A stretch of DNA of 64,000 nt from a candidate division CSSED10-310 bacterium (GTDB lineage: Bacteria > CSSED10-310 > JAFGJC01): assembly GCA_016927905.1 (NCBI GenBank), contig JAFGLW010000013.1:159810-223809 (forward strand), read 5' to 3'. How positions within the stretch are numbered: the stretch's first letter is position 1; the number at the start of each line of letters is the position of its first letter. Shown one piece after another: positions 55,048-64,000 of the stretch. A program made the position numbers and the translations under genes. A model generated the notes under the pieces. That model worked only from the letters and a program-made list of their open reading frames with translations. It did not search any database and was not told the origin of the DNA.

Positions 55048-55076
55048 ATGATAGGCGAAAAAAAGGCGAAAGTCAA
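55048..55076 (-). promoter_or_regulatory. Sigma70-type promoter of the imuB-like gene with a direct-repeat box (55053-55071) filling the spacer
   Basis: TTGACT-17 nt-TATCAT, then 6 nt to ATG 55041; spacer TTCGCC-TTTTT-TTCGCC. Confidence 0.68.
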
Positions 55077-55092
55077 TAGTGAAATATACGTG

Positions 55093-55116
55093 AAAAAAAA
55101 CCCCGGGAATCCGGGG
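55093..55116 (-). terminator. Rho-independent terminator downstream of tRNA-Val
   Basis: CCCCGG-ATTC-CCGGGG followed by T8 on the - strand. Confidence 0.85.
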
Positions 55117-55122
55117 TCGATC

Positions 55123-55195
55123 TGGGCGCTAGCAGACTTGAACTGCTGGCCTCTGCCGTGTGAAAGCAGCGCTCTTCCAGCTGAGCTAAGCGCCC
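55123..55195 (-). tRNA. tRNA-Val (anticodon CAC), CCA not encoded
   Basis: GGGCGCT-TAGCTCAGCTGGAAGAGC-G-CTGCT-TTCACAC-GGCAG-...-GTTCAAGTCTGCT-AGCGCCC-A forms a full cloverleaf. Confidence 0.95.
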
Positions 55196-55205
55196 GCGAA
55201 ATCCA

Positions 55206-55234
55206 AATATAACAATCCCGCGCCGGCGGGTCAA
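55206..55234 (-). promoter_or_regulatory. Sigma70-type promoter for tRNA-Val
   Basis: TTGACC-17 nt-TATATT. Confidence 0.6.
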
Positions 55235-55235
55235 G

Positions 55236-56216
55236 CTACTTTCCAAGAGTCGCCACCATCACCGCCTTGATGGTGTGGACCCTGTTTTCGGCTTCATCGA
55301 AAACCCTGGAGCGGTTCCCTACGAAAACCGCGTCCGAAACCTCGCAGATATCCGGGAACCGGCGAGCGAGTTCGGTTTCGAGGTTATGGAATGCGGGCAG
55401 GCAATGGAGAAAAATCGCATCCGGATTTCCGGTGGCTTCGATCATTTCCGGTGTGATCTTGAACGGTTTGAGCAATCCGATCCGCTCGGTGATCTTGTCT
55501 TCTTCGCCCATGGATACCCAGACATCGGTGTATAGGGCATCCGCCCCGTCCACTCCCTGAGCGATATCGGAAGTGATGGTGATGGAACCGCCGGTGCAAG
55601 AGCAGATTTCCCGGCACCGGGAGACCAGGTTGTCCGCGGGATAAAGCTCGGGCGGCGCGACGATCCTGAAATCCACCCCCATTTTGGCGGATCCGATCAT
55701 CAGGGAGTTGGCGACGTTGTTGCGGCCGTCTCCGACATATGCGAACGCGATGCCCTCCAGCGCGCCGAATTCCTCAATAACCGTCATGAAATCCGCCAGG
55801 ATCTGAGTGGGATGGTACCGGTCGGTCAGGCCGTTCCAGACCGGAATGCCGGCGTGTTTCGCCAGGAGTTCGACCGTCTGGTGGGCGAAACCCCGGAACT
55901 GTATTCCGTCGAACATACGTCCCAGCACTCTGGCGGTGTCGGCAACCGATTCCTTCTTGCCCAGCTGGATATCGCCCTTGCCCAGGTATTCGGGATGAGC
56001 TCCCTCGTCGACACAGGCCACGGTGAAGGCGCACCGTGTGCGGGTGGACGGTTTTTCGAATATCAACGCGATGTTTTTTCCTTCCAGATTACGGGTGTGG
56101 ATTCCACAGGTTTTGTTCTGTTTCAGTGACAGGGACAGATCCAGAAGATAACGGATTTCGCCGGGACTGAAATCCAGCAAAGTCAGAAAACTTCGGCCTT
56201 TCAAGTTCATGGGCAT
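55236..56216 (-). CDS. argF: Ornithine carbamoyltransferase
   Basis: [31 protein letters not shown]; AAGGAG RBS. Confidence 0.95.
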   Translation of the reverse strand: MPMNLKGRSFLTLLDFSPGEIRYLLDLSLSLKQNKTCGIHTRNLEGKNIALIFEKPSTRTRCAFTVACVDEGAHPEYLGKGDIQLGKKESVADTARVLGRMFDGIQFRGFAHQTVELLAKHAGIPVWNGLTDRYHPTQILADFMTVIEEFGALEGIAFAYVGDGRNNVANSLMIGSAKMGVDFRIVAPPELYPADNLVSRCREICSCTGGSITITSDIAQGVDGADALYTDVWVSMGEEDKITERIGLLKPFKITPEMIEATGNPDAIFLHCLPAFHNLETELARRFPDICEVSDAVFVGNRSRVFDEAENRVHTIKAVMVATLGK

Positions 56217-56258
56217 GAGCAATCTCCTTGCACACCCGCAGGAGAATAGCGGGTTGAG

Positions 56259-56732
56259 TTAAGAATCCGCCGGATGAAAAACAACGACATGATCGGTCAA
56301 TCGCCCGGACCGGTAGATAAATTTTCCTGAAAAAAAACGTTCCTGATTCAGCAGGGGCAGAAAGATCCGGTCGCCTTCCCACAGGGGCAGATCCGCCAGA
56401 TCGACGTCCTCTATCCATTTCAGTTCACCTTCCGGCGAAGCATGCATCGAACCCCGGAAATTTTCAACGGTAAAGACGAAAACGATCCAGTCATTGGCCC
56501 CGTCAAACCGGGGGAAGGTGAGAATGCCCCGCATGCGGGGATCGACCGCGACCAGCCCGGATTCCTCGTGGATCTCCCGCACCGCGCATTCTTCCGGAGA
56601 TTCGCCCGGCTCCATCTTACCGCCCAGCCCGTTCCATTTCGATTTGTGGATGTCGGCCGGTTTCTTGTTTCGAAACAGCATCAAAGTCCGGCCGTTTCTG
56701 CGCAGATAGCAGAGCGTGGCGTTGATGGTCAT
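56259..56732 (-). CDS. NUDIX hydrolase, 8-oxo-dGTP diphosphatase (MutT/NUDT1-like)
   Basis: Nudix box GGKMEPGESPEECAVREIHEESG; WEGD motif. Confidence 0.9.
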   Translation of the reverse strand: MTINATLCYLRRNGRTLMLFRNKKPADIHKSKWNGLGGKMEPGESPEECAVREIHEESGLVAVDPRMRGILTFPRFDGANDWIVFVFTVENFRGSMHASPEGELKWIEDVDLADLPLWEGDRIFLPLLNQERFFSGKFIYRSGRLTDHVVVFHPADS

Positions 56733-56743
56733 GGCGGGAGATT

Positions 56744-57736
56744 TCAGGGAGATCCGTTATCGGGAGTTTCCCGGGTTTCGGTTTTGGATTTGCGGGGTCG
56801 GGTCTGTTTTTCCCGGGAATCGACACGGGAATTGAGGATCACCGCTGCTGGCTGGTCGGAAGTCAGGGCGGTTCCCGCATAGTCCTCTTCCCGAAGCGCG
56901 GATCCGCTTGTTTTTTCTTTGGGCAGAGATGAATTGTCACCTGTTTTTTTGCGAGGTCGTTTTACGCGGGGAGGTTTAGCCGGCTCCGCAGCCGATTTCC
57001 CGGGTGTTTTTCCAGCGCCAAGCGCTCTTTTTACCGGTCCGGCATCCGGTTTGGCTACAAGTGCGGGCTCGCTTTTGATTTCAGGTTTGGTTTCGGGTTT
57101 GGTTTCGGATTTGGTTTCGGATTTGGTTTCGGATTTGGTTTCGGGTGCGGATTGTTCCAAAGCCGACGGTGCCTCTGGTTTGGCCTGGCTGACCGGGCTG
57201 GTTGGAGTCGAAGCGGGTTTGGAGCTTTCCGGGCGTTCCGGGCCCCGGTGATTCCTGTATTCCATCGGTTTACCCTTGTAGCGTCGGAACTTGCCCCGGG
57301 ACCGGTGGGAGGCGGTTCCGCTGGAATCATGGCGTTTCATCGATTTTGTGGCCTGTTTTTTAGTCTGGTATGCCGCCATGGCCTCCTCATCCTCGGGATC
57401 CGGGTGATCCCTGGGCAGCCCTACGTATTGCGGGTGCCCCTCAGTCTGGTAATAGATCCGGCTGGAATAATCGTAGGCGGGTTTCTGCAGAACGGCCGGT
57501 TTCCGTCCGTTCGCGCCGCCGGAATTGATTTTCTGCATGGGTATCATGCATCGCGGGCACAGAGGTGGTATGTTGCCCACCCCGGGGACATTGCTGCCGC
57601 ATATTTCGCAACCCCATATCGTTTTCTGGGATTCCCGGTATCCGCCATTGGATTTGTATGCCAGCGGACCCTTCCCCAGATCCCCCGGAAACCGAGGTTG
57701 ACCCGAATGCTTTGATTTGCGCCGTTTACTGCTCAA
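56744..57736 (-). CDS. Hypothetical protein with a zinc ribbon and a basic, low-complexity tail
   Basis: CEIC-x11-CPRC; K/P/E/S-rich C-terminal half; GGGAGG RBS before TTG. Confidence 0.65.
   Translation of the reverse strand: MSSKRRKSKHSGQPRFPGDLGKGPLAYKSNGGYRESQKTIWGCEICGSNVPGVGNIPPLCPRCMIPMQKINSGGANGRKPAVLQKPAYDYSSRIYYQTEGHPQYVGLPRDHPDPEDEEAMAAYQTKKQATKSMKRHDSSGTASHRSRGKFRRYKGKPMEYRNHRGPERPESSKPASTPTSPVSQAKPEAPSALEQSAPETKSETKSETKSETKPETKPEIKSEPALVAKPDAGPVKRALGAGKTPGKSAAEPAKPPRVKRPRKKTGDNSSLPKEKTSGSALREEDYAGTALTSDQPAAVILNSRVDSREKQTRPRKSKTETRETPDNGSP
57074..57145. repeat. 12-bp tandem repeat, 6 copies, encoding ETK(S/P)
   Basis: TTTGGTTTCGGR five times plus one degenerate copy. Confidence 0.9.
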
Positions 57737-57850
57737 AATAACCTCCCGTAGTCAGTTTCGCTCCGATTCTCTAGGCGGCAGTCACAGTCGCCTGGAGTTG
57801 ATGCCAGAGATGGAATGCGGTCAAAATGCGGCTGAACCGTTCAGTGCGGA

Positions 57851-58582
57851 TCAGTTTTCATACCGGCCCTTGGACTCATTGATGCGAACCTTGAAAAGCT
57901 CCATCAGAGTCTTCGGGTAATCGGACATTCGGATCCGTGAATCCCCGGAATGGCTCCATTGAACCGGAACTTCAGCCACCTTGTATCCATGTTTCCGTGC
58001 GATGTGCAATATTTCAAAATCGAATCCCCATCGCTCATTTCGCTGCAACGGAAAAACTTTGCGTGCCACATCGCCATTGAACAGCTTGAATCCACACTGG
58101 GTGTCCCGTATGCCTTTCAAGGCGGGGACAACGGCCTGAATCGCCTTGTTCGCCAGCCGTCCCAACCATACTCTATACCAAGGTTGCCGGATGTTCAACC
58201 GGGATTCCGCCAGTGCTCTCGACCCGAAAGCGATCTCATACCCCTCATCCAGCCTGGCTTTCAATTTCCGGTATTCCGACAGGGGTGTGGACAGATCGAC
58301 ATCGGTGAACAGCACATAGTTGCCTTTCGATTCCACAACTCCGTGACGGACCGTATATCCTTTTCCCCGGTTCCGGCCGTTGGTCAGCACCCGGAGATTC
58401 GGCAGGGATTGAGTCAGCGTTCTCAAAGTGTTCAGCGTTTTGTCGGTTGAGCCGTCGTCTACGGCGATGATCTCGAAGGTCCATTCAGACCCTCCGAACT
58501 CCCCGGCAACCTCCTCGATACAGTGTTGAATGGAAGGTTCTTCGTTATATGCCGGTATGATGACACTCAGATCCGGTTCCAC
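57851..58582 (-). CDS. GT2 glycosyltransferase, polyprenyl-phosphate glucosyl/mannosyltransferase-like
   Basis: IIPAYNEE, DDGSTD, NRGKG, DVD, DTQCGFKLF, WGFDFE. Confidence 0.9.
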   Translation of the reverse strand: MEPDLSVIIPAYNEEPSIQHCIEEVAGEFGGSEWTFEIIAVDDGSTDKTLNTLRTLTQSLPNLRVLTNGRNRGKGYTVRHGVVESKGNYVLFTDVDLSTPLSEYRKLKARLDEGYEIAFGSRALAESRLNIRQPWYRVWLGRLANKAIQAVVPALKGIRDTQCGFKLFNGDVARKVFPLQRNERWGFDFEILHIARKHGYKVAEVPVQWSHSGDSRIRMSDYPKTLMELFKVRINESKGRYEN

Positions 58583-58661
58583 TCAATCGACCTCCCGGAA
58601 TGCCGTATCCAGGCACCGGATGGGGTTATAGCATATCTTGAAAAAAAAATTCCAATCCAAT

Positions 58662-59438
58662 TTATAATTTTCCCTGCCCGGTCAACCTCAAGATGATGCA
58701 AACGCATAGAAATAAGACTGCGGCCGAGAGCAGCAGCCGGTCGGATCGGGAAAACCGGATGGGATGCAGGCGGGTCCGTTCGCGCCGGTATCCGAAACCC
58801 TTGGATTCCAGAGCGACGGCCAGCTGGTCGGTTCGGCGGATACCGGAAACGAAAACGGGAATCAGAACCGGCAAGGTCCTTCGGATTTTTTGCAGGATGT
58901 TGCCGGTATTCAGAATGAAACCTCGGGATTGCTGGGCTTGAACGACGGTTTGAAAAGTGTCGTAAAACAGGGGAACCAGGCGGAATGCCAGAGTCAGCGA
59001 GAAACTCATGCGGTAGGGTATTCCCAGCCGGTTCAGACCCGCAGTGAAATCCTCCACCCGGGTGGTGGCCAGCAGAATCAGCCCGGCCATCAGCATGCCC
59101 GTCAGCCTGAAACCCATGGCGATGCCGTAGTTCAATCCCCGGGAGGATATCTGCAAGGGTCCCCAGTGTAACAGCACGGGGGTTCCGTCCATGTAAATCG
59201 ACCACAGGCATGTGGGAAACAGAAACAGAATTAGCAGGAGATATTTTATCTTCCACATAGCCGGGAGGGAACGCGAAACGGTTCCCAGGCAAGCGACAAG
59301 TGCAATCAGGCAGCCCAGGTACAGCGGATGATTGAACAGCATGGAAACGGTGAACACGACCGACAGGGATATGATCTTGGTGACCGGATTCAACCGGTGA
59401 GCCGGGGAATTCTCAGGATTGTAGATGAACGCTTTCAT
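58662..59438 (-). CDS. ecfT: ECF transporter transmembrane component
   Basis: LAFRLVP, AQQSRG and ALESKGF motifs. Confidence 0.9.
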   Translation of the reverse strand: MKAFIYNPENSPAHRLNPVTKIISLSVVFTVSMLFNHPLYLGCLIALVACLGTVSRSLPAMWKIKYLLLILFLFPTCLWSIYMDGTPVLLHWGPLQISSRGLNYGIAMGFRLTGMLMAGLILLATTRVEDFTAGLNRLGIPYRMSFSLTLAFRLVPLFYDTFQTVVQAQQSRGFILNTGNILQKIRRTLPVLIPVFVSGIRRTDQLAVALESKGFGYRRERTRLHPIRFSRSDRLLLSAAVLFLCVCIILRLTGQGKL

Positions 59439-61146
59439 TCCGTGTTCCACCGGGACGGCACAGATCGACAAACTCGTCGACACTCCGGACGACCATATCG
59501 AATTCCAGACCGAGCCGGGTTACCGGCGGCGGTTTCAATCCGGTTTTTATCAGGATATCAATGCGTCCGAAAACATCCCGGACCGGTCCGTCCGTCAGGA
59601 TCGATCCGTTCTCCATGACGATCACCCGGTCTGCGAACTGGGCGGTCAGGGTCATGGAATGGGTGATCATGATTACGGTATGACCCCGGCGGTTTAGGCG
59701 GGTCAGGAGATCCATCATGCGGATTTGATCCGGGTGATCCAGACCGGTTGTCGGTTCGTCCAATATGAGAATCTGCGGATGCATCGCCAGGATACTGGCC
59801 ACAGCCAGTCTCTGGGATTCACCCTTGGTGAGCATGAATGGGTCCCGGTCGTCATAACCGGTCAGACCGACCGTTTCAAGTGCTTCGGCAACTCTCGCGT
59901 CAGCCTCCCGGTCGTCCAGGCCGAGGTTCACCGGACCGAATAACACTTCCTCCCGGACGGTGGGACGGAAAATCTGGTGATCCGGATTTTGAAACACGTA
60001 CCCGACCGTACCCGCCAGTTCGGCTGCCTTCCATTTCTGAACCGGGATACCGCCCAGAAGCAGGGTTCCGGATCCGGGTGACAGCAAACCGTTGAAATGC
60101 TTTGCCAGCGTTGTTTTGCCGGATCCGTTCTGGCCGGCCAGGGTCACGAATTCCCCCCGGTGAATGACCAGATCGATGCCGTTTAAAACAGGCTGCCGGT
60201 CGTAACTGAACAGAAGATCCCGGATTTCGATGACCGGATCGCCGGTCCGGGGAGATCGTTCCCGGGCAACCAGGATTTCATAGCGTTTCGGATCGGGTGT
60301 TTGAGCGGATTTGCGGATTGTTTCGGCTGCTTCCGCCGGTTCCGAAAGGGCCGGTTCCAGTCCCAGTTTCCACAAACATTCCTGGATCTGGGGCATCCGG
60401 ATTCCGCAACGGTTCAACTGACCGGGATGGCGCACCAGTTCCACCGGTGTGGCGTCCCGGACGATCCGCCCCCGATCCATCAGAACCACCCGATCGGCCT
60501 GGCGGATCAAATCGGGGGAATGATCGATCAGAATGACGGTTCGTCCCTGGTCCCTCAGTTGTCCCAGCATGCGGTACACCATATCCCGGCTTTCCGGATC
60601 CAGGTCGGTGGTGGGTTCGTCCAGTATGATGACCGGCGGATCCAGCATCATGATCGTGGCGATGGCCAGCCGCTGCTTCTGACCGCCGGACAACGTGGCT
60701 GGATCCCGGTCCCGGAGACCGGTCAGCTGAAACTGGGTCAGAATGCGGTCCATCCGCTTCGCGATCCGGTCCGGCGGTACAGCCATGTTCTCCGGGCCGA
60801 AAGCCAGATCGAGCTGGATGCTTGTGGAAAACAGCTGCGACTCGAAATCCTGAAAAACCATCCCCACATCCCCCGCCAGCGACGCGACCGACCGGGTTCG
60901 GATGTCACTCCCGAAAAGATGCACCGTTCCGGAGAAACTGCCTTTGGTGAACCGGGGAACAATCCGGTTGATTGTCCGCACCAGCGTTGTTTTCCCGCTT
61001 CCGGTACGGCCCATGATCATAACGAATTCTCCGGCCCGGATTGAAAGGGAGATATCCTGCAATGCGGGTTGTTCGGCCAGGGGATACTGGAAGCCCACGC
61101 CGGAAAGTGCAACCGCCGGATTCCGGGACGGTTCGGGAATGCCCAT
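59413..61146 (-). CDS. ECF transporter ATPase with two fused ABC domains
   Basis: GRTGSGKT/LSGGQKQR/LDEP and GQNGSGKT/LTKGESQR/LDEP. Confidence 0.92.
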   Translation of the reverse strand: MGIPEPSRNPAVALSGVGFQYPLAEQPALQDISLSIRAGEFVMIMGRTGSGKTTLVRTINRIVPRFTKGSFSGTVHLFGSDIRTRSVASLAGDVGMVFQDFESQLFSTSIQLDLAFGPENMAVPPDRIAKRMDRILTQFQLTGLRDRDPATLSGGQKQRLAIATIMMLDPPVIILDEPTTDLDPESRDMVYRMLGQLRDQGRTVILIDHSPDLIRQADRVVLMDRGRIVRDATPVELVRHPGQLNRCGIRMPQIQECLWKLGLEPALSEPAEAAETIRKSAQTPDPKRYEILVARERSPRTGDPVIEIRDLLFSYDRQPVLNGIDLVIHRGEFVTLAGQNGSGKTTLAKHFNGLLSPGSGTLLLGGIPVQKWKAAELAGTVGYVFQNPDHQIFRPTVREEVLFGPVNLGLDDREADARVAEALETVGLTGYDDRDPFMLTKGESQRLAVASILAMHPQILILDEPTTGLDHPDQIRMMDLLTRLNRRGHTVIMITHSMTLTAQFADRVIVMENGSILTDGPVRDVFGRIDILIKTGLKPPPVTRLGLEFDMVVRSVDEFVDLCRPGGTRNESVHLQS

Positions 61147-61147
61147 C

Positions 61148-61900
61148 TTACAGCAATATCGTTCCCAGAACGGTGCAGGCGATGAATGGCAGAAGCAGCA
61201 CCGGCGTGGCGACTGAGATTGTCAGGAAACCGAATCCGGTTAAAAACCCAAGTGAAAGCCCGCCCGTCGCACCGACGGCCGTCAGAACCAGACCCGGCAT
61301 GGGCATTAATCCCGGAGCGGTATCTTCCGGCTGCAGTATTTCCTGATAAAGCAGGCCCCATTTCCGGGTCCGCTCATACAGGATCTTCAACAGCACCGGA
61401 ACGATGATACCCGCCAGGATGGCATTGTTAATCGTGATGACCGATCCCAGAATGTGGAACGGAACGAATCCCAGAAGATCCACTCCCCAGCCGATGGTGA
61501 AACCGCAGGTCATGGAAGCCAGGAGAATCGCCGATATCGCCCCGAACCAGCTCCGTGTCGATCCGCTGAACCGGATCTCCCCCGCCAGAATCCGATATGC
61601 TTTGTACGGGATCAGGCCGAACAGGAAATTGCCTGCAAACCCGAATATGGAGCCCAGTCCGAGCGTGCCGAAAAAATCCGCGATCAGGTTTCCGAATGCC
61701 GCTCCCCATGCGGCTGCCGGCCCGAAAAGAAAACTGCAGAAAACCACGAACGCCACTCCCGGGCGGATTTCGGTGAACCCGGGAATGATGGTGGCGACCT
61801 TCAGCGGCATGACCGTCGCTGCATATATCGCCGCCGTTACGGCGGTCAGGACAACCATTCGGGTTTCTTTCCACATCAAGATTACATCGCGCATTCGCAT
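61148..61900 (-). CDS. queT: ECF S-component, QueT-like
   Basis: MWKETRMVVLTAVTAAIYAA, PGFTEIRPG, FGPAAAWGAAFGNLIADF. Start may be 61894 or 61876. Confidence 0.7.
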   Translation of the reverse strand: MRMRDVILMWKETRMVVLTAVTAAIYAATVMPLKVATIIPGFTEIRPGVAFVVFCSFLFGPAAAWGAAFGNLIADFFGTLGLGSIFGFAGNFLFGLIPYKAYRILAGEIRFSGSTRSWFGAISAILLASMTCGFTIGWGVDLLGFVPFHILGSVITINNAILAGIIVPVLLKILYERTRKWGLLYQEILQPEDTAPGLMPMPGLVLTAVGATGGLSLGFLTGFGFLTISVATPVLLLPFIACTVLGTILL

Positions 61901-62053
61901 TTCCCTTTGATGATCGTACCCGAATCATTGTATTGAAAAATCGGCAAACATCAACCGGATGGAGGGCATCCGCCGTCCCTGCGGCCGGCGTTGCCTGGGC
62001 TGATCGGTTCCGGTAACATGACAGCGTGTTCGGAACGTGAGGAGGTATACGGA

Positions 62054-62824
62054 ATGCCCGAAAAGCCACAGGATATCGGGAAGATCGTGGTGGTCATGCC
62101 GGCGTATAATGCCGGGCAAACCCTGACCCAGACCTACCGGGATATTCCCAGGGAGTGGGTGGACGAGGTGCTATTGGTGGATGACTGCAGCCGGGACAAT
62201 ACCGTTCAGATCGCCGAAACACTGAATATCAAGTGTTTCACCCACCGGTGGAACAGGGGGTACGGCGGCAATCAGAAAACCTGCTATAACGCCGCGCTGG
62301 AATCGGGAGCGCAGGTCGTGGTCATGCTGCATCCCGATTACCAGTATGACCCGAAAATTATCCCGGACCTGGTCCTGCCCATCTCTCAAAATGACGCCGA
62401 CGTCGTTTTCGCATCCCGCTTTCTGGGTAATCCCCTGGCTGGAAATATGCCGCTGTACAAATACCTGTCCAACCGGATCCTGACCTGGATCCAGAATCGC
62501 GTACAGGGTACCCGGTTCTCGGAGTGCCATACCGGATACCGGGCCTATTCACGCAATATTCTGGAAGCGGTTCCCTATGAACGGAATTCAGAGGGATTCG
62601 TGTTTGACAATGAGATCATCAGCCAGTTTATCCTGGCCGGCGCTCGGTTCCGGGAGGTCCCGGTGGTCACTCGATACGAAAAGGATTCATCGACCGTTTC
62701 CTTCGGTCAATCCCTGAAATACGGACTGGCGGTCCTGTGGACGCTCCTGAGATTTTCCCTGCATAAACACGGGTTGTGGTCCTGCCGCAAGTTCACCTTC
62801 GAAACACATCATGAAACCGGTTGA
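62054..62824 (+). CDS. GT2 glycosyltransferase (DPM1-like)
   Basis: VVMPAYNA, DDCSRD, NRGYGGNQK, HPDYQY; GGAGG RBS. Confidence 0.9.
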   Translation: MPEKPQDIGKIVVVMPAYNAGQTLTQTYRDIPREWVDEVLLVDDCSRDNTVQIAETLNIKCFTHRWNRGYGGNQKTCYNAALESGAQVVVMLHPDYQYDPKIIPDLVLPISQNDADVVFASRFLGNPLAGNMPLYKYLSNRILTWIQNRVQGTRFSECHTGYRAYSRNILEAVPYERNSEGFVFDNEIISQFILAGARFREVPVVTRYEKDSSTVSFGQSLKYGLAVLWTLLRFSLHKHGLWSCRKFTFETHHETG

Positions 62825-63569
62825 TCCTCGCAGCCCCGAAACCGGTTCCCGGAATCCGGATTCCGGTGGCTTGAGAGACGCTGTTCGGAACCACTTCGAC
62901 GGCATCGCCTCCCGGTACGAAAAATATAAAGACCATTCCAGATATTACTACCGGCAGCTTCAGAAGCTGTTGTTGGAGCTGGTTCCGGATGCCCGGACAA
63001 AACGTATTGTGGAGATCGGATGCGGGCCGGGCGGGCTTCTGGCCGGCCTTCACCCCCTGCAGGGTCTGGGGATCGACATCAGCCCCAGAATGATCGCCCT
63101 GGCCAGGGATCGCTGGTCGGAAAGGCCTGAACTGCAGTTCCGGGAGGGAGAGGCGGAAACGCTGGAACTGACCGGACTCTGGGATGCCGTCATCTGCGTG
63201 GATGTCCTGGAACACCTGTACGATGTGGAAGCTGCCATGAAACGACTTGGCATCCAACTTCCACCGGGAACCTGCCTGATCGTCATCTGGGCCAACCGGT
63301 TCTGGACACCCGTTCTCCACCTGCTGGAAGTTTTAAGGCTGAAGATGCCGGAAGGTCCCCATAAATGGGAATCCCCCGGCATCGTTCAGAGATTTCTTGT
63401 GAAAAATCAATTCCGGATACTCAGCAAGGGCAGCCGGTGTCTCATTCCGGTGCAGCTGCCCGGCTCAGATTGGACCAACCGGCTGTTTCACAAGGTTCCC
63501 GTTTTGAATAAGCTGGGTCTGATCCGGTTTGTCCTGGCGGTCAAGCGGGACGGTTCCGCTTCCGGCTAG
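62811..63569 (+). CDS. Class I SAM-dependent methyltransferase
   Basis: VEIGCGPG, GIDISPRM, DVLEH. Confidence 0.88.
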   Translation: MKPVDPRSPETGSRNPDSGGLRDAVRNHFDGIASRYEKYKDHSRYYYRQLQKLLLELVPDARTKRIVEIGCGPGGLLAGLHPLQGLGIDISPRMIALARDRWSERPELQFREGEAETLELTGLWDAVICVDVLEHLYDVEAAMKRLGIQLPPGTCLIVIWANRFWTPVLHLLEVLRLKMPEGPHKWESPGIVQRFLVKNQFRILSKGSRCLIPVQLPGSDWTNRLFHKVPVLNKLGLIRFVLAVKRDGSASG

Positions 63570-63976
63570 TCCCGTGGCGGCGCACCCTTCTCGACGGTGC
63601 AAGTGGCGTCGATTCCACCCCGGGTGGCATATACGGTGCGGATTTTCAGCCAGGCCGGTTCCAGGAGTGTCCAGATATCCTGAAAAATACGATTGGTGGC
63701 ATGCTCCTGAAATATCCCCACCGAACGAAACGATACCAGATAGAGTTTCAGGCTTTTCAATTCAATACAGCTGCCGGATGGAATGTAATCGATGATGATC
63801 CGCCCCATGTCCGGCAATCCGGAAAACGGGCAGACCGCTGAAAATTCATTCGTTTCATACCGGATCTGCTGCGTTTCTCCCCGGTAGGGAAAAGTTTCCA
63901 AAAGGTCGGTTCGAATCGAATCCGGCGGATCCGCTTTCAAATTGAATGCCCTTTTTCCAACCATGATAGGCTGCAT
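63566..63976 (-). CDS. queF: preQ0 reductase (NADPH-dependent 7-cyano-7-deazaguanine reductase, type I)
   Basis: EFSAVCPFSGLPD, ELKSLKLYL, HATNRIF, TRGGI. Confidence 0.93.
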   Translation of the reverse strand: MQPIMVGKRAFNLKADPPDSIRTDLLETFPYRGETQQIRYETNEFSAVCPFSGLPDMGRIIIDYIPSGSCIELKSLKLYLVSFRSVGIFQEHATNRIFQDIWTLLEPAWLKIRTVYATRGGIDATCTVEKGAPPRD

Positions 63977-64000
63977 CCTTTCCGAATCGTGAATGAAGGC

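Noticed and set aside
49402-55195. tRNA-Val as the attachment site of an integrated mutagenesis island
   Set aside because: No integrase, no duplicated tRNA 3' end and no evident compositional shift.
61900-62053. preQ1 riboswitch upstream of queT
   Set aside because: No recognisable preQ1-I stem with an A-rich tail, and the predicted leader is very short.

Overview
GC-rich bacterial chromosome segment from a diderm, probably anaerobic, peptide-degrading organism (TonB-dependent receptor, ETF/Fe-S oxidoreductase, butyrate kinase-like protein, KamA). About 50 genes, one tRNA-Val(CAC), no CRISPR array and no recognisable IS or integrase. It carries atpZ/I/B/E, an Opp/Yej-like ABC importer, several GT-C and GT2 glycosyltransferases, an imuB-like gene and dnaE2, argF, an ECF-QueT transporter with queF, and a BrxC/DUF6079-like ATPase running off the left edge. 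Main signals: (1) three secreted enzymes end in a Pro/Thr linker plus the same ~115-aa C-terminal domain, a candidate sorting or anchoring signal; (2) one of them is a hidden ~793-aa selenoprotein with an in-frame UGA in a UxxC thioredoxin motif and a SECIS-like hairpin; (3) a 19-bp direct-repeat box is shared (18/19) upstream of imuB and dnaE2, a candidate SOS operator; (4) the gingipain-family gene is split by a 4-bp duplication; (5) several genes look leaderless. All family assignments come from motif recognition by eye; no database search was run.
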